A DNA stretch of 64,000 nucleotides from Acidobacteriota bacterium (GCA_965263035.1 OZ253580.1:5856001-5920000), one strand, 5' to 3'. Counted from the first letter of the stretch, positions 49,073 to 58,737 are shown. Made by a program: numbers and translations. The notes: generated from the sequence alone by a model not told the origin.

Positions 49073-49147
49073 CAGCCGGCTCAGCGCCCCACTCAAACCG
49101 AAAGCATCCGACCGATCCCCAATCCGCATACGGATCGAAGGCGCCAC

Positions 49148-49816
49148 CTACACGGAATCGACTCCCCCTGCCAGTAAGCGGAGGATCTTTTCGTCCATCG
49201 CGCCCTTCCTGACGATCCGGGGTGTCTTCGCGCATAGATCCAAGACCGTGGAAGGCACCGATCCGCGAAGCGGTCCCGCGTCCAGAAAAAGGTCGACTTT
49301 CCGGCCGAAGAGGTCTTCCATCCGTGATCTGGATTCCGGAGCCGGCTGGCCCGCCAGATTGGCGCTGGTGGAGACGATGGGAGCAGCGAGGCGTTTCAGC
49401 CAGAGTCGGAGGAAAGGCAGGCTGGGGTAACGCAACCCGACCTTGCCCTGGCTTCCGGTGATGGCCGCCGGGAGCGAAGGCGCCGCCGGAACCAGGAAGG
49501 TGACGGGCCCCGGCCAAAGCCGGGCCGCCAGCCGGTGAAACTGTCGTGGCAATCGCCGGGAAAGTTTTGCGGCCGATTTCAGATCTGGAATCAGGAGCAA
49601 CAGACCCTTGCCCGCAGCCCGCCGCTTCAGTTGCAGAATCCTCTCGATGGCGGGCTCGCAAAAGCCATGGCACCCGAATCCGTATACGGTATCCGTGGGA
49701 TAAAGGAGGACTTCCCCTCGATCGACCGCCCGGGACGCCGCCTCGAGGGCACGCGGTTCGGGCCGGTCCAGATCGACGGCCAGCCTTCGTCTCCAACCTC
49801 TCTTGGCGTTCTCCAT
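49148..49816 (-). CDS. tsaC: L-threonylcarbamoyladenylate synthase (Sua5/TsaC)
   Basis: YPTDTVYG, LKRR..KG, WPGPVT, STSANLAG, PSTVLD. Confidence 0.92.
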   Translation of the reverse strand: MENAKRGWRRRLAVDLDRPEPRALEAASRAVDRGEVLLYPTDTVYGFGCHGFCEPAIERILQLKRRAAGKGLLLLIPDLKSAAKLSRRLPRQFHRLAARLWPGPVTFLVPAAPSLPAAITGSQGKVGLRYPSLPFLRLWLKRLAAPIVSTSANLAGQPAPESRSRMEDLFGRKVDLFLDAGPLRGSVPSTVLDLCAKTPRIVRKGAMDEKILRLLAGGVDSV

Positions 49817-49886
49817 CTGCTCCCGTTCCATTCCGACTGGTTGGGGCCGGGACGGCCTTCATCGCGGGCTGGTAGAATATCATCAG

Positions 49887-50660
49887 GTGTCCGCTTCTCC
49901 GGAGGTGATCCGAAGCCGGTCGAACAAACGCTTTCAACGGCTGCGCCTGCTGGTGGCCAGTTGTGCCTCTTCCGATGGTCCCTGGGTCATGGTGGAAGGG
50001 TGGAAACAGGTTTCGGATCTTTCCAGGACTCTCGAAATAGAAGTTCTTCTCTACTCTCAGGACGGCGATGCCCGACTCTCCCAGTTGCGGCGACGGAGCC
50101 GCCAATGTCTCCATCTTTCCAAGCCTTTGTTCAAATCGCTCTCCAGTGTGGAAAATCCCCAGGGAGTTGCCGCATTCTTTCCGAAACGGAAATGGAATTG
50201 GTCCGATCTGGGTCCCTATGTCCTCTACGCCCACGAGCTCCAGGACCCGGGAAATCTTGGAACGCTGTTGAGAACGGCCGAGTCGACAGGCCAGTTCACA
50301 CTGGTGACTTCTCCGGGTTGCGCCTGCTGTTACGGTTCCAAGACGGTTCGGGCGTCGGTGGGAGCGGCCTTACGCCTACCGTTGCTGGAGAGGATACCGT
50401 GGACGTCTCTCAGGTCCAGAGGCTACCAGTTGTGGGCCACAACGCATCTGGGCGGAACCTCCCTGTTCCAGGCCAGATTCCGTCCTCCTCTGGCGGTGCT
50501 GGTCGGGAACGAGGGCAACGGGCTTCCGAGCCGAATCCTGGAAGCAGCGGACCATCTGTTGCACATCCCCATGGGATTCGCCGAGGGGAGCCTCAACGCG
50601 GCCGTTGCCGGCTCGCTCGCCCTGTACGAGGTCTTTCGACGGGAGCAAGTGGATGAATAA
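49887..50660 (+). CDS. TrmH/SpoU-family RNA methyltransferase; start uncertain
   Basis: LQDPGNLGTLLRTA, VRASVG, GNEGNG, IPM..SLNAAVA. Confidence 0.88.
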   Translation: MSASPEVIRSRSNKRFQRLRLLVASCASSDGPWVMVEGWKQVSDLSRTLEIEVLLYSQDGDARLSQLRRRSRQCLHLSKPLFKSLSSVENPQGVAAFFPKRKWNWSDLGPYVLYAHELQDPGNLGTLLRTAESTGQFTLVTSPGCACCYGSKTVRASVGAALRLPLLERIPWTSLRSRGYQLWATTHLGGTSLFQARFRPPLAVLVGNEGNGLPSRILEAADHLLHIPMGFAEGSLNAAVAGSLALYEVFRREQVDE

Positions 50661-51999
50661 GAGCCTGTTCCCCGGCATGGCCTCCATGGCGGAAGAGCAA
50701 GGCCCGCAAGCGCCCCTCGCCGATAGGATGCGTCCCCTCGCCTTGGATCAGGTCGTCGGACAGGAACATCTTCTGGGTCCTGGAAAAATCCTTCAGGAAA
50801 TATCGGCTTCCGGTGAGATTCCGTCGCTGCTGCTCTGGGGCCCACCGGGAGTGGGCAAGACCACCTTGGCCCACCTTATGGCTCATAAGAGGAACTGTCA
50901 CTTCGTTTCCATCAGCGCCGTTCTGGCGGGGGTGAAGGAGGTCAAACGGGTAGTGCAGGTAGCCCGGGGCGAATGGCGCCTCCGACAACAACGAACCGTG
51001 CTCTTCGTCGACGAGATTCATCGCTTCAACAAGGCACAGCAGGATGCTTTCCTCCCCCATGTGGAGAATGGAACTCTGATTTTGATGGGGGCCACCACCG
51101 AGAATCCTTCCTTCGAGATCATCCCTCCGCTGCTCTCCCGCAGCCGGGTCCTGGTGCTTAAGGCTCTGGAAGAATCGCACCTGCTGATCTTGCTGCAACG
51201 GGCGCTCCAGGAGGAAAGGGGGTTGGGTCTCTGGAAGCTGCGGGCGGAGGAGGGTTGTCTTGAGACGATCGCCCGGTTCGCCGATGGGGATGCGCGGATC
51301 GCGCTCAATTCGCTGGAACTGGCAGCTCAACTGGTTCGCCGGTCCCAATCGGGAGATGCGGTCATCACACGTGACATTGTGCGGGTAGCGCTGCAGACCC
51401 GCACTCTCCGTTACGACAAGTCCGGCGAGGAGCACTACAATCTGATATCGGCCCTTCACAAGTCACTGCGCAACAGTGACCCCGACGCGTCCCTGTACTG
51501 GATGGGAAGGATGTTGGAAGCGGGGGAAGATCCCCTCTATATCGCCCGGCGGATGGTCCGCTTCGCCTCCGAGGACATCGGTTTGGCCGATCCGGACGCG
51601 CTCGGGCGTGCCATCGACGCCATGCAGGCCGTTCGTTTCATCGGCCTCCCCGAAGGAAAGCTGGCGTTGGCCCAGTTGGCCGTCTATCTGGCGCAGGCTC
51701 CCAAGTCGAACCGGATCTACGAGGCCTACGCGCGGGTCGAGAAGGACGTGACCAGCACTCGCAACCAACCCGTCCCCCTGCACCTGAGGAACGCTCCCAC
51801 CAGCCTGATGAAGGAACTCGGTTACGGCCGCAACTATCGTTACGCCCACAACGAACCGGACCGAGTAACCGATATGGTTTGCCTGCCTCCAAATCTGGCA
51901 GGCCGACGCTATTTTGAACCGAGTGACGAGGGCTTCGAGCGCCGCGTTCGGACCCGGCTGGAAAATCTCGAGCAGGTGAAGAAGCGCAACCGCGAATAA
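50653..51999 (+). CDS. rarA: Replication-associated recombination protein A (MgsA)
   Basis: PLADRMRP, GPPGVGKTT, DEIHRFNKAQQD, ATTENPSF, ISALHKS, ASEDIG, VPLHLRNAPT. Confidence 0.95.
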   Translation: MNKSLFPGMASMAEEQGPQAPLADRMRPLALDQVVGQEHLLGPGKILQEISASGEIPSLLLWGPPGVGKTTLAHLMAHKRNCHFVSISAVLAGVKEVKRVVQVARGEWRLRQQRTVLFVDEIHRFNKAQQDAFLPHVENGTLILMGATTENPSFEIIPPLLSRSRVLVLKALEESHLLILLQRALQEERGLGLWKLRAEEGCLETIARFADGDARIALNSLELAAQLVRRSQSGDAVITRDIVRVALQTRTLRYDKSGEEHYNLISALHKSLRNSDPDASLYWMGRMLEAGEDPLYIARRMVRFASEDIGLADPDALGRAIDAMQAVRFIGLPEGKLALAQLAVYLAQAPKSNRIYEAYARVEKDVTSTRNQPVPLHLRNAPTSLMKELGYGRNYRYAHNEPDRVTDMVCLPPNLAGRRYFEPSDEGFERRVRTRLENLEQVKKRNRE

Positions 52000-52071
52000 C
52001 GAAGATACCGCCGAGCGTTCGAGCCTGCAGGTGCCGGACACGAACGACCCGCGCAGCGCCGCTCGTTCGCT

Positions 52072-53610
52072 TCACTGCGGAGAAGAAGTAGAGGGACCGG
52101 TCCTGGGGGCGTCGACCAACACCTGGAGAAACTCTTCCTGGAGAGCTTCCAGATCCGCCTCGTCTCCCTTGAGATGATTGACCAGCATGGCAAAGGCCAG
52201 GGTCTCACCATCTACCGTCTTGAGGAAACCGGATAGCGCCCGGACTCCCTCCATGGACCCGGTCTTGGCCTGGATCCGACCCTTCAAACCGGGGGCCGTC
52301 ATCCGCCAGCGAAGAGTGCCGTCGGTTCCCGCCGCCGGCAGCCATTGCCGAAAGGCGGTCCCATAGGATTGCCGGTGCACGTGTTCCAGGAGTCGCACCA
52401 CGGCACCCGCCGAGATCAAATTGTGCCGAGAAAGCCCGGAACCGTCCGCCAGCAGGAAGCTGTCCGGGTCCAGGCCGATTCGACGAGTGAGAACCGACTC
52501 CATCCGGGCCAGCCCCTCTTGGGCGCGTTTCCGTCTCGGGGCTCGGTCCAGCATCCTCAAGAGCGTCTCTCCGTACAGGTTCTGGCTGATTTTCAGGAAG
52601 ACTCGCAATACTTGCGGGAGGGGCGGAGAGTCGTGGGAGAAGAGTTCCCTCCTGGATTCACCTGAATCCCCCTGGACATTCTCGCCCGCCCGGTAACCCA
52701 TCAGTTCGAGGTGACTGGACCTCAGGAATTCAGCGAACGTGTTGGTGAAGTAGCGGACCGGGTTCCGGACCGCGACTCTGAGCCAGATCGGCTCCTGAGA
52801 GGGTTCCACGGCACCTTCCAACACGACCTCCGCTTCCAGCTTTGGCCACTTCAGCTCCAACTCTTGACGCGGACCGGTCCGGATCTGATTTCGCCAACGG
52901 ATCAGCGCCGTTCGCGGGCGCCACAGCAGGTGGGCCAGAGCTCCTGTGTCAGTCGGGGAGACGCGGACCAGAGCGACGCCCTCGTTGTACTGCAGACCGC
53001 TGGGGGAGGCGCCGTAGCCGTAGACCAGATCGTCCCAAGCCCAACCTCGCCCGGGGCCCTCCGTCTCCAGCAGGCTGTCGTCGGCCAACAGAGTTCCTCG
53101 GATTCGATGGATTCCCAGATTCCGCAGATTCGCTCGCCACTGCCGGAACACGGCGAGAGGATCCCCCTCTTCCATCTTCTCGAGATCGGGGCTATTGAAG
53201 CGTGCGCCAAGAGTCGGATCTCCGCCTCCCTGGATGATGAGATTTCCCTCCAACGTCCCGTCCTCGATCCGGCCATCGGTCCAGATCCGAGTCGTGAACC
53301 GGAAGTCCAGCCCCAGGCCTTCGATGGCCGCGACGGCGGTCAGAAGCTTCAGATTGGAAGCGGGTATCAGACGCTTTCGGGGATTCTCGGCAAACAAGAT
53401 CTTCCCGGTGTCCAGGGACTGAACCTGGACTCCCCAGGAGGATCGAACCAGAACGGGAGCCGACAGAACCTGTCCCAGCCGATCCTCCAGGCGGGGATTG
53501 CCAGGTCCGGCGGTGGCGGGAGATCCGATCCGCGAGCCCGAAGTCCCGCCGCCGTAAGCCTGCGAACAGCCGAAGAAAAGCAATCCACAGAGCGTGCGCA
53601 CCATGGTCAT
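52072..53610 (-). CDS. dacB: D-Ala-D-Ala carboxypeptidase/endopeptidase (PBP4, peptidase S13)
   Basis: PASNLK (SxxK), SQN (SxN), DGSGLSR, KTG. Confidence 0.92.
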   Translation of the reverse strand: MTMVRTLCGLLFFGCSQAYGGGTSGSRIGSPATAGPGNPRLEDRLGQVLSAPVLVRSSWGVQVQSLDTGKILFAENPRKRLIPASNLKLLTAVAAIEGLGLDFRFTTRIWTDGRIEDGTLEGNLIIQGGGDPTLGARFNSPDLEKMEEGDPLAVFRQWRANLRNLGIHRIRGTLLADDSLLETEGPGRGWAWDDLVYGYGASPSGLQYNEGVALVRVSPTDTGALAHLLWRPRTALIRWRNQIRTGPRQELELKWPKLEAEVVLEGAVEPSQEPIWLRVAVRNPVRYFTNTFAEFLRSSHLELMGYRAGENVQGDSGESRRELFSHDSPPLPQVLRVFLKISQNLYGETLLRMLDRAPRRKRAQEGLARMESVLTRRIGLDPDSFLLADGSGLSRHNLISAGAVVRLLEHVHRQSYGTAFRQWLPAAGTDGTLRWRMTAPGLKGRIQAKTGSMEGVRALSGFLKTVDGETLAFAMLVNHLKGDEADLEALQEEFLQVLVDAPRTGPSTSSPQ

Positions 53611-53808
53611 TGACCGGTCTTTGGGCACGGGGCAGAGATTACGTCCGTCATAGTCTTCATGGCAACCCGCGGCAGCCTGGCGGCTCTGCGCTCCTGGCCC
53701 GCATTTGCGCCCGAATCGCCGATCATAGGGCAAGAAATATCTTATCCTCAGAGGCTTCGGGGTTTATTATCGAAGCCTTTCGGGCCCCGACTCTGATGGA
53801 ATGAATCG

Positions 53809-55269
53809 ATGCGATATTTGTCGGTGGACAAGATCTCCGAAACGCGATTGGAGTTCATCCCCTCTCCCGAGGTCCCCCCACAGACCTTTTCCGGCCCCCA
53901 ATTGACACGGTGGACCGAGCGTTATGCCGCCGCGCTCCACCACAGGGGAATTCGGGCCGGCGACCGGGTTGCCCTGCATCTGCCAAACTCTCCGGAGTTG
54001 GTTGTGGCGCTTCTGGGCAACCACCTGCTGGGCGTCGTGACGGTTCCGGTCACTTCTGCGGCTACGATGCAGGAATTGGAGTACGTGGCGGGCCGGGCCG
54101 AGATTTCAGGCCTCGTCGGTTCCAATCCCTACCCCGGGCAGGTGGGAATGCAACTCTTGAAGGAAGAGTTCTGGGATATTCTGCAGGAACAAGAGGGCGG
54201 CTTCCCGGAAGCGGACGATTCGGAGGCGCCGGCCCTGCTCTGCTTCACCTCCGGGACCACCGCGCGCCCCAAGGGAGTCCTCCTGACTCACCGAAACATC
54301 CGGAGCAATCTCCGGGATTTGATCCAGGTCTGGCAATGGTCTCAGGCGGACCGCCTCTTGTTGACGCTGCCGCTGTTCCATGTTCACGGACTGGTCGTGG
54401 CGCTTCATGGATGGGCCATGACGGGGTGCCAAGCAATCCTCAGCCGAAAGTTCGATCCGAACCAGGTCCTGGATCTGTTGACCCGGAGGGGCTGCACGCT
54501 GTTCATGGGTGTGCCCACCATGTACCACCGGATGGTGTCCGCCTTCGATCCGCAGGTCCACAGCTTTGACACTCTCCGCTTGGCGATCAGCGGGTCCGCT
54601 CCCATGTCGGTGGAACTGCACCGCAAGTGCCGCGAAATGACCGGACAGACCATTTTGGAACGGTACGGAATGACAGAGACCATCATGAATACTTCCAACC
54701 CGTTCCACGGGCGCCTCCCAGGATCGGTCGGACTTCCCCTGCCCTCGGTCCAACTCCGCCTGATCGACGAACAGATGAAGGAGATCCAGGAAGACAGGCA
54801 GATCGGGGAAGTCTGTGTGCGCGGCCCCAACGTCTTTGGCGGCTACTGGAGGGATCCGGAGGCGACATCCAAGGCCTTTCTGGGGGGTTGGCTGCGCACG
54901 GGAGATGCCGGTTACCGTGACGAAAACGGTTTCTACCACCTGGTGGGCCGGCTGAGCGTGGACCTGATCAAATCGGGTGGCTATCGCATCGGCTCCCGGG
55001 AGGTGGAGGACGTCCTGGAGCGTCACCCGGGAGTCCTCGAAGTGGCGGTGGTCGGACTTCCCGACCCGGACTTGGGAGAAAAGGTGGCGGCGTTTGTAGT
55101 AACCGATGGGACGGCCAGCCAGGAGGACCTGGCGGCTCTTTGCCGATCCGCGCTGGCCCTCTTCAAGTGTCCCCGAGTGTTCCTCATCGTCGATTCCCTG
55201 CCTCGAAACGCCATGGGAAAGGTCACCAAGTCAGTCCTTAAGACCGCGCCGCACGATGGATCTGCGTAG
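53809..55269 (+). CDS. Acyl-CoA synthetase (AMP-binding), malonyl-CoA synthetase MatB-like
   Basis: FTSGTTARPKG, LPLFHVHG, ERYGMTET, TGD, DLIKSGG, PRNAMGKV. Confidence 0.88.
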   Translation: MRYLSVDKISETRLEFIPSPEVPPQTFSGPQLTRWTERYAAALHHRGIRAGDRVALHLPNSPELVVALLGNHLLGVVTVPVTSAATMQELEYVAGRAEISGLVGSNPYPGQVGMQLLKEEFWDILQEQEGGFPEADDSEAPALLCFTSGTTARPKGVLLTHRNIRSNLRDLIQVWQWSQADRLLLTLPLFHVHGLVVALHGWAMTGCQAILSRKFDPNQVLDLLTRRGCTLFMGVPTMYHRMVSAFDPQVHSFDTLRLAISGSAPMSVELHRKCREMTGQTILERYGMTETIMNTSNPFHGRLPGSVGLPLPSVQLRLIDEQMKEIQEDRQIGEVCVRGPNVFGGYWRDPEATSKAFLGGWLRTGDAGYRDENGFYHLVGRLSVDLIKSGGYRIGSREVEDVLERHPGVLEVAVVGLPDPDLGEKVAAFVVTDGTASQEDLAALCRSALALFKCPRVFLIVDSLPRNAMGKVTKSVLKTAPHDGSA

Positions 55270-55291
55270 GAGCGCCCCTTGTGGGCGCCCT
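55266..55291 (+). repeat. Single GTAG-type REP-like palindrome
   Basis: GTAG-GA-GCGCCC-CTTGT-GGGCGC; the GTAG contains the upstream gene's stop codon. Confidence 0.5.
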
Positions 55292-55366
55292 CTTTCCTCT
55301 CTTCTCCATCCTCACAACGTAGTAGACTGACGGACGACGAACCCGAGACGCAGGAAGGATTACGCC

Positions 55367-56008
55367 ATGTTTAAACATATTTCCGTTCTCACGGCGCTGA
55401 TCTTGTGTGCTTCCCCGGCCCCCAGCGCTGCACAATTGGGAAGCAAGCCCGCCAAAGAATGGATCAAGTCGATGGAACGGCCCGGACGCCTCGCGAAACT
55501 CAAGACCGACGAGATCATAACCCGGTTGGAACTGAAACCGGGTGATCTGGTGGCGGACGTCGGCGCCGGCAGCGGTGTTTTCAGTTGGCCACTGGCTCGA
55601 GCCGTGGCGCCCGGAGGTACCGTGTATGCCGTCGAGGTGGACCCAGGTTTTCTCGATTTCATCCGAGAGGGCGCGCAGAAGAGAGGCCTGGACAACGTCT
55701 TCCCCGTGTTGGGAGAGTTCACCGATCCCAAGTTACCGGTTCGGAACCTGGACTTGGCCTACTTTCACAACGTCCTGCACCACATCGAGGGGCGTCAGGC
55801 CTACCTCCAGACGTTCTCCGGGTATCTGAAGCCGAATGCACGTATCGTCATCATCGACCTGATCGAGGGACACAAAGAGCCCGAAATGAAGATGACTCTG
55901 GATCAGGTCAAGGATTGGATGGCCGCCATCGGCTTCCGGATGACCGGAGAATACTCCGTCGTCGAGGACCGCTTCTTCGCCGTCTTTTCCCGGGGTCCGG
56001 CCTCCTGA
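55367..56008 (+). CDS. Class I SAM-dependent methyltransferase with a signal peptide
   Basis: VADVGAGSG, YAVEVD, NVLHHI; N-terminus MFKHISVLTALILCASPAPSAA. Confidence 0.85.
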   Translation: MFKHISVLTALILCASPAPSAAQLGSKPAKEWIKSMERPGRLAKLKTDEIITRLELKPGDLVADVGAGSGVFSWPLARAVAPGGTVYAVEVDPGFLDFIREGAQKRGLDNVFPVLGEFTDPKLPVRNLDLAYFHNVLHHIEGRQAYLQTFSGYLKPNARIVIIDLIEGHKEPEMKMTLDQVKDWMAAIGFRMTGEYSVVEDRFFAVFSRGPAS

Positions 56009-56039
56009 TGCCAGCGGGCAGGTTCACGCTGCCGGAGTT

Positions 56040-57128
56040 TCAAGCGAACGTGGACTTGTTGAACACGTAGGGCATCTTGGACGGATCCCCTCCGTAATTC
56101 CCTTCCAGGACGTCGATGATTCCCTGGGCGGTTCGACCCGCCATGCCCAGGTCCGGATCTCCCGAAAGCCGCGTCCGCCGTCCGCCGCTGGCGAAGTGGT
56201 GAAAGATGCGCAATCGGTCTTCCAGATCCGGATCTCTCATAGGGGAGTCGGCCGGAAGCGGCTCCTGCTCGAATACATCCAAGGCGGCGCCGGCGATCTG
56301 ACTCTTGCGGAGGGCCCTGACCAACGCGTCAGGGTCCACCACAGGACCCCGGGAGGTGTTGATGAGATAGGCTGTCGGTTTCATCAACTCCAGGGCCTCG
56401 TCATCGATGAGATGGTGAGTTTCGGGCGTGAGGGGAACGTGCAGGCTGATGTAATCAGCCTGGCGAAAAGCCTCGTCGAAAGATGTCCAGCGAATAGTGG
56501 AACGTCGAATGGACAGGCCCTGTTCGTACTTGAAGTCGAAGAGCGCCTGCACCGACTCCACAAAGGACCGGTCCTCCGGCATAAGGTCGCAACAGAGGAT
56601 GTCGGTGTCCAATCCGGTGCATTTGAGTAGAAAGGCCCGCCCGATGCGTCCGGTTCCGATCACGGCGACCGTCTTGCCCGTGACCTCATCCCCCAGGAAC
56701 GGAACATAGGGATGCCATGTCTCCCATCGGCTTTCCCGGACCAGCCGCTCACTCGGGTAGAGCTTTCGCGAAACGCAACCCATTATGAAAAAGGCAAATT
56801 CGGCCGTCGCATCGGTCAGTACCACGGCCGTATGGGTGTAGGGCACCCGGTACTTGCGGGCTGCCGCTTCGTCGATATTGTCGACACCCACGGCAATCTG
56901 GGACACCACCTTCAAGGTCCCCTGACCCGCCTGAAACACCTCCTCATCGATGGGGTCGCGCAACGTGGTGATGAGCCCGTCGATTCCCGACTTGACCTTC
57001 TCCACGATCAGCGCCTTCGGCGGAGGCTCGACGTGGGAATACACTTCGACCTGGTATCCCCGGTCCGTCAGGCGCTTGAACCCTTCTTCTCCAATGTCAC
57101 AGGTTGCGTAGATGCGATAACTCTTCAT
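56040..57128 (-). CDS. D-isomer-specific 2-hydroxyacid dehydrogenase (glyoxylate/hydroxypyruvate reductase-like)
   Basis: VGVDNID, GTGRIG, SLHVPLTPETHHLI, INTSRG, LDVFEQEP. Confidence 0.92.
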   Translation of the reverse strand: MKSYRIYATCDIGEEGFKRLTDRGYQVEVYSHVEPPPKALIVEKVKSGIDGLITTLRDPIDEEVFQAGQGTLKVVSQIAVGVDNIDEAAARKYRVPYTHTAVVLTDATAEFAFFIMGCVSRKLYPSERLVRESRWETWHPYVPFLGDEVTGKTVAVIGTGRIGRAFLLKCTGLDTDILCCDLMPEDRSFVESVQALFDFKYEQGLSIRRSTIRWTSFDEAFRQADYISLHVPLTPETHHLIDDEALELMKPTAYLINTSRGPVVDPDALVRALRKSQIAGAALDVFEQEPLPADSPMRDPDLEDRLRIFHHFASGGRRTRLSGDPDLGMAGRTAQGIIDVLEGNYGGDPSKMPYVFNKSTFA

Positions 57129-57187
57129 CTGGCATTCGACTCCTGTTTCCCGCTTCTCTCCGAATCGAGGTCTGGTATCAGACCATA

Positions 57188-57349
57188 CCAGCCCGTGGCA
57201 AAAGTCGTCACGGCATTCGACCGTCCCTGCATCGTGCGCGGACTGCGTTGCTATCGGCTCACATACTCCCGGTATGCTCCCTCCGTTGCGCCTGGTCCGG
57301 CGGGCGCAGGAACGGTCTCGGTGCTCGCGCGACTTTCACCGCGGACTGG
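57188..57349. repeat. MITE-like palindromic repeat, family 2, copy B
   Basis: Homologous to 25407-25566; TA on both flanks; supplies the last codons and stop of the aminotransferase. Confidence 0.92.
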
Positions 57350-58526
57350 TAGCCGCCCACTTCGCCAAAGCTGTCTTCATTTTCCGGACTCCCTTTTCCA
57401 GCAGTTCCAGGGAGGTGGCATAGGAAAGACGCAGGTAGCCCTGTCCCATGGTTCCAAAGGAGGTCCCGGAAAGGAGCGCGACCCCCCCTTCCTGCAACAG
57501 GAAATCAGCCAGCTTCGGAGAATCGTCGGATAGGGCCCGCGTGTTGGGAAAAACGTAAAAGGCGCCTTTTGGCAGCCGACAGGAGACACCCTCGACGCTG
57601 TTCAGGAGATCGACGATTCGATCCCTCCGAGTCTGGAAGACCTTCACCATATCGTGGACCGGCTTCGGATCCTGATGGAGCGCCTGGATTCCGGCCATCT
57701 GGGTGAAGGCGGCCGTACAGGAATTGGAGTTGACCATGAGCTTGGTCATGTGCCCGGCCAGTTCCTTGGGCATGATGCCGTAACCCATCCGCCAACCGGT
57801 CATGGCGTAGGTCTTGGAGAACCCGTCGAGCAGAATGGTCCGCTCCTTCATGCCGGGAAAGGAAGCGATACTCACATGGGGTTCGTCGTAAATGATGCGA
57901 TTGTAGACTTCATCGGAGAGAAAGAGAACGTCGGTATCCGCGAACGCGTCGACGATGGCGGCGAGATCTCCCCGGTTCAAGACCGAACCGGTGGGGTTAC
58001 TGGGAGAGTTGAGAATGATGAGACGGGTGCGCGGGCTGGACAAGTCGACCAGTTCCTGGATATCGATCCGAAAATCCAGTTCCTCCCGCAATGGGACGGG
58101 CACCGGCCGCGCCCCCACATACCGGATCATCGACTCGTAGATGGGGAACCCCGGATCAGGATAGATCACCTCGTCCCCCTTCTGAGCCAAGGCCAGCAGG
58201 GAAAAAAATATGATCGGCTTGGCGCCGGGCGTCACTACGACCTCATCCGGATCGACTGCGATCTGCCTGGTCTGGGAGATCTCCCGGGCGATGGCTTGGC
58301 GCAGCGGAAGGATGCCCGCCGACGGAGTGTAGTGGTGATGGCCGCCTCTCAACGCCTCGACCGCCGCCTCGACGATGTCTTCATGGGTATTGAAGTCGGG
58401 CTCTCCGATCTCCAGGTGGACGATGTCCCGGCCTTGCGCTTCCAAACCCTTGGCTCGAGCCAGCACCTCGAAAGCCGTCTCCGTCCCCAAATTGGACATT
58501 CGATGCGCCAACTGCATGGCGGTCAT
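57336..58526 (-). CDS. PLP-dependent class I/II aminotransferase (aspartate aminotransferase-like)
   Basis: IGEPDF, NSPSNPTG, SDEVY, GFSKTYAMTGWRMG, GAFY, YLRLSYA. Confidence 0.94.
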   Translation of the reverse strand: MTAMQLAHRMSNLGTETAFEVLARAKGLEAQGRDIVHLEIGEPDFNTHEDIVEAAVEALRGGHHHYTPSAGILPLRQAIAREISQTRQIAVDPDEVVVTPGAKPIIFFSLLALAQKGDEVIYPDPGFPIYESMIRYVGARPVPVPLREELDFRIDIQELVDLSSPRTRLIILNSPSNPTGSVLNRGDLAAIVDAFADTDVLFLSDEVYNRIIYDEPHVSIASFPGMKERTILLDGFSKTYAMTGWRMGYGIMPKELAGHMTKLMVNSNSCTAAFTQMAGIQALHQDPKPVHDMVKVFQTRRDRIVDLLNSVEGVSCRLPKGAFYVFPNTRALSDDSPKLADFLLQEGGVALLSGTSFGTMGQGYLRLSYATSLELLEKGVRKMKTALAKWAATSPR

Positions 58527-58576
58527 TCTCAGGGGCGGACCCCGATTCGTCAAGTATTGCCAGCGAGGGGTCCTTA

Positions 58577-58737
58577 GCAGCCCGTGGCAAAAGTCGTCAC
58601 GGCATTCGACCGTCCCTGCATCGTGCGCGGACTGCGTTGCGACTCGGCCACAGACTCCCGGCATGCTCCCTCACCGCGCCTTGTCCGGCGGGCGCAGGAA
58701 CGGTCTCGGTGCTCGCGGGACCTTCACCACGGACGGC
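58577..58737. repeat. MITE-like palindromic repeat, family 2, copy C
   Basis: Homologous to copies A and B; TA on both flanks; lies in the divergent aminotransferase/GNAT intergenic region. Confidence 0.92.
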
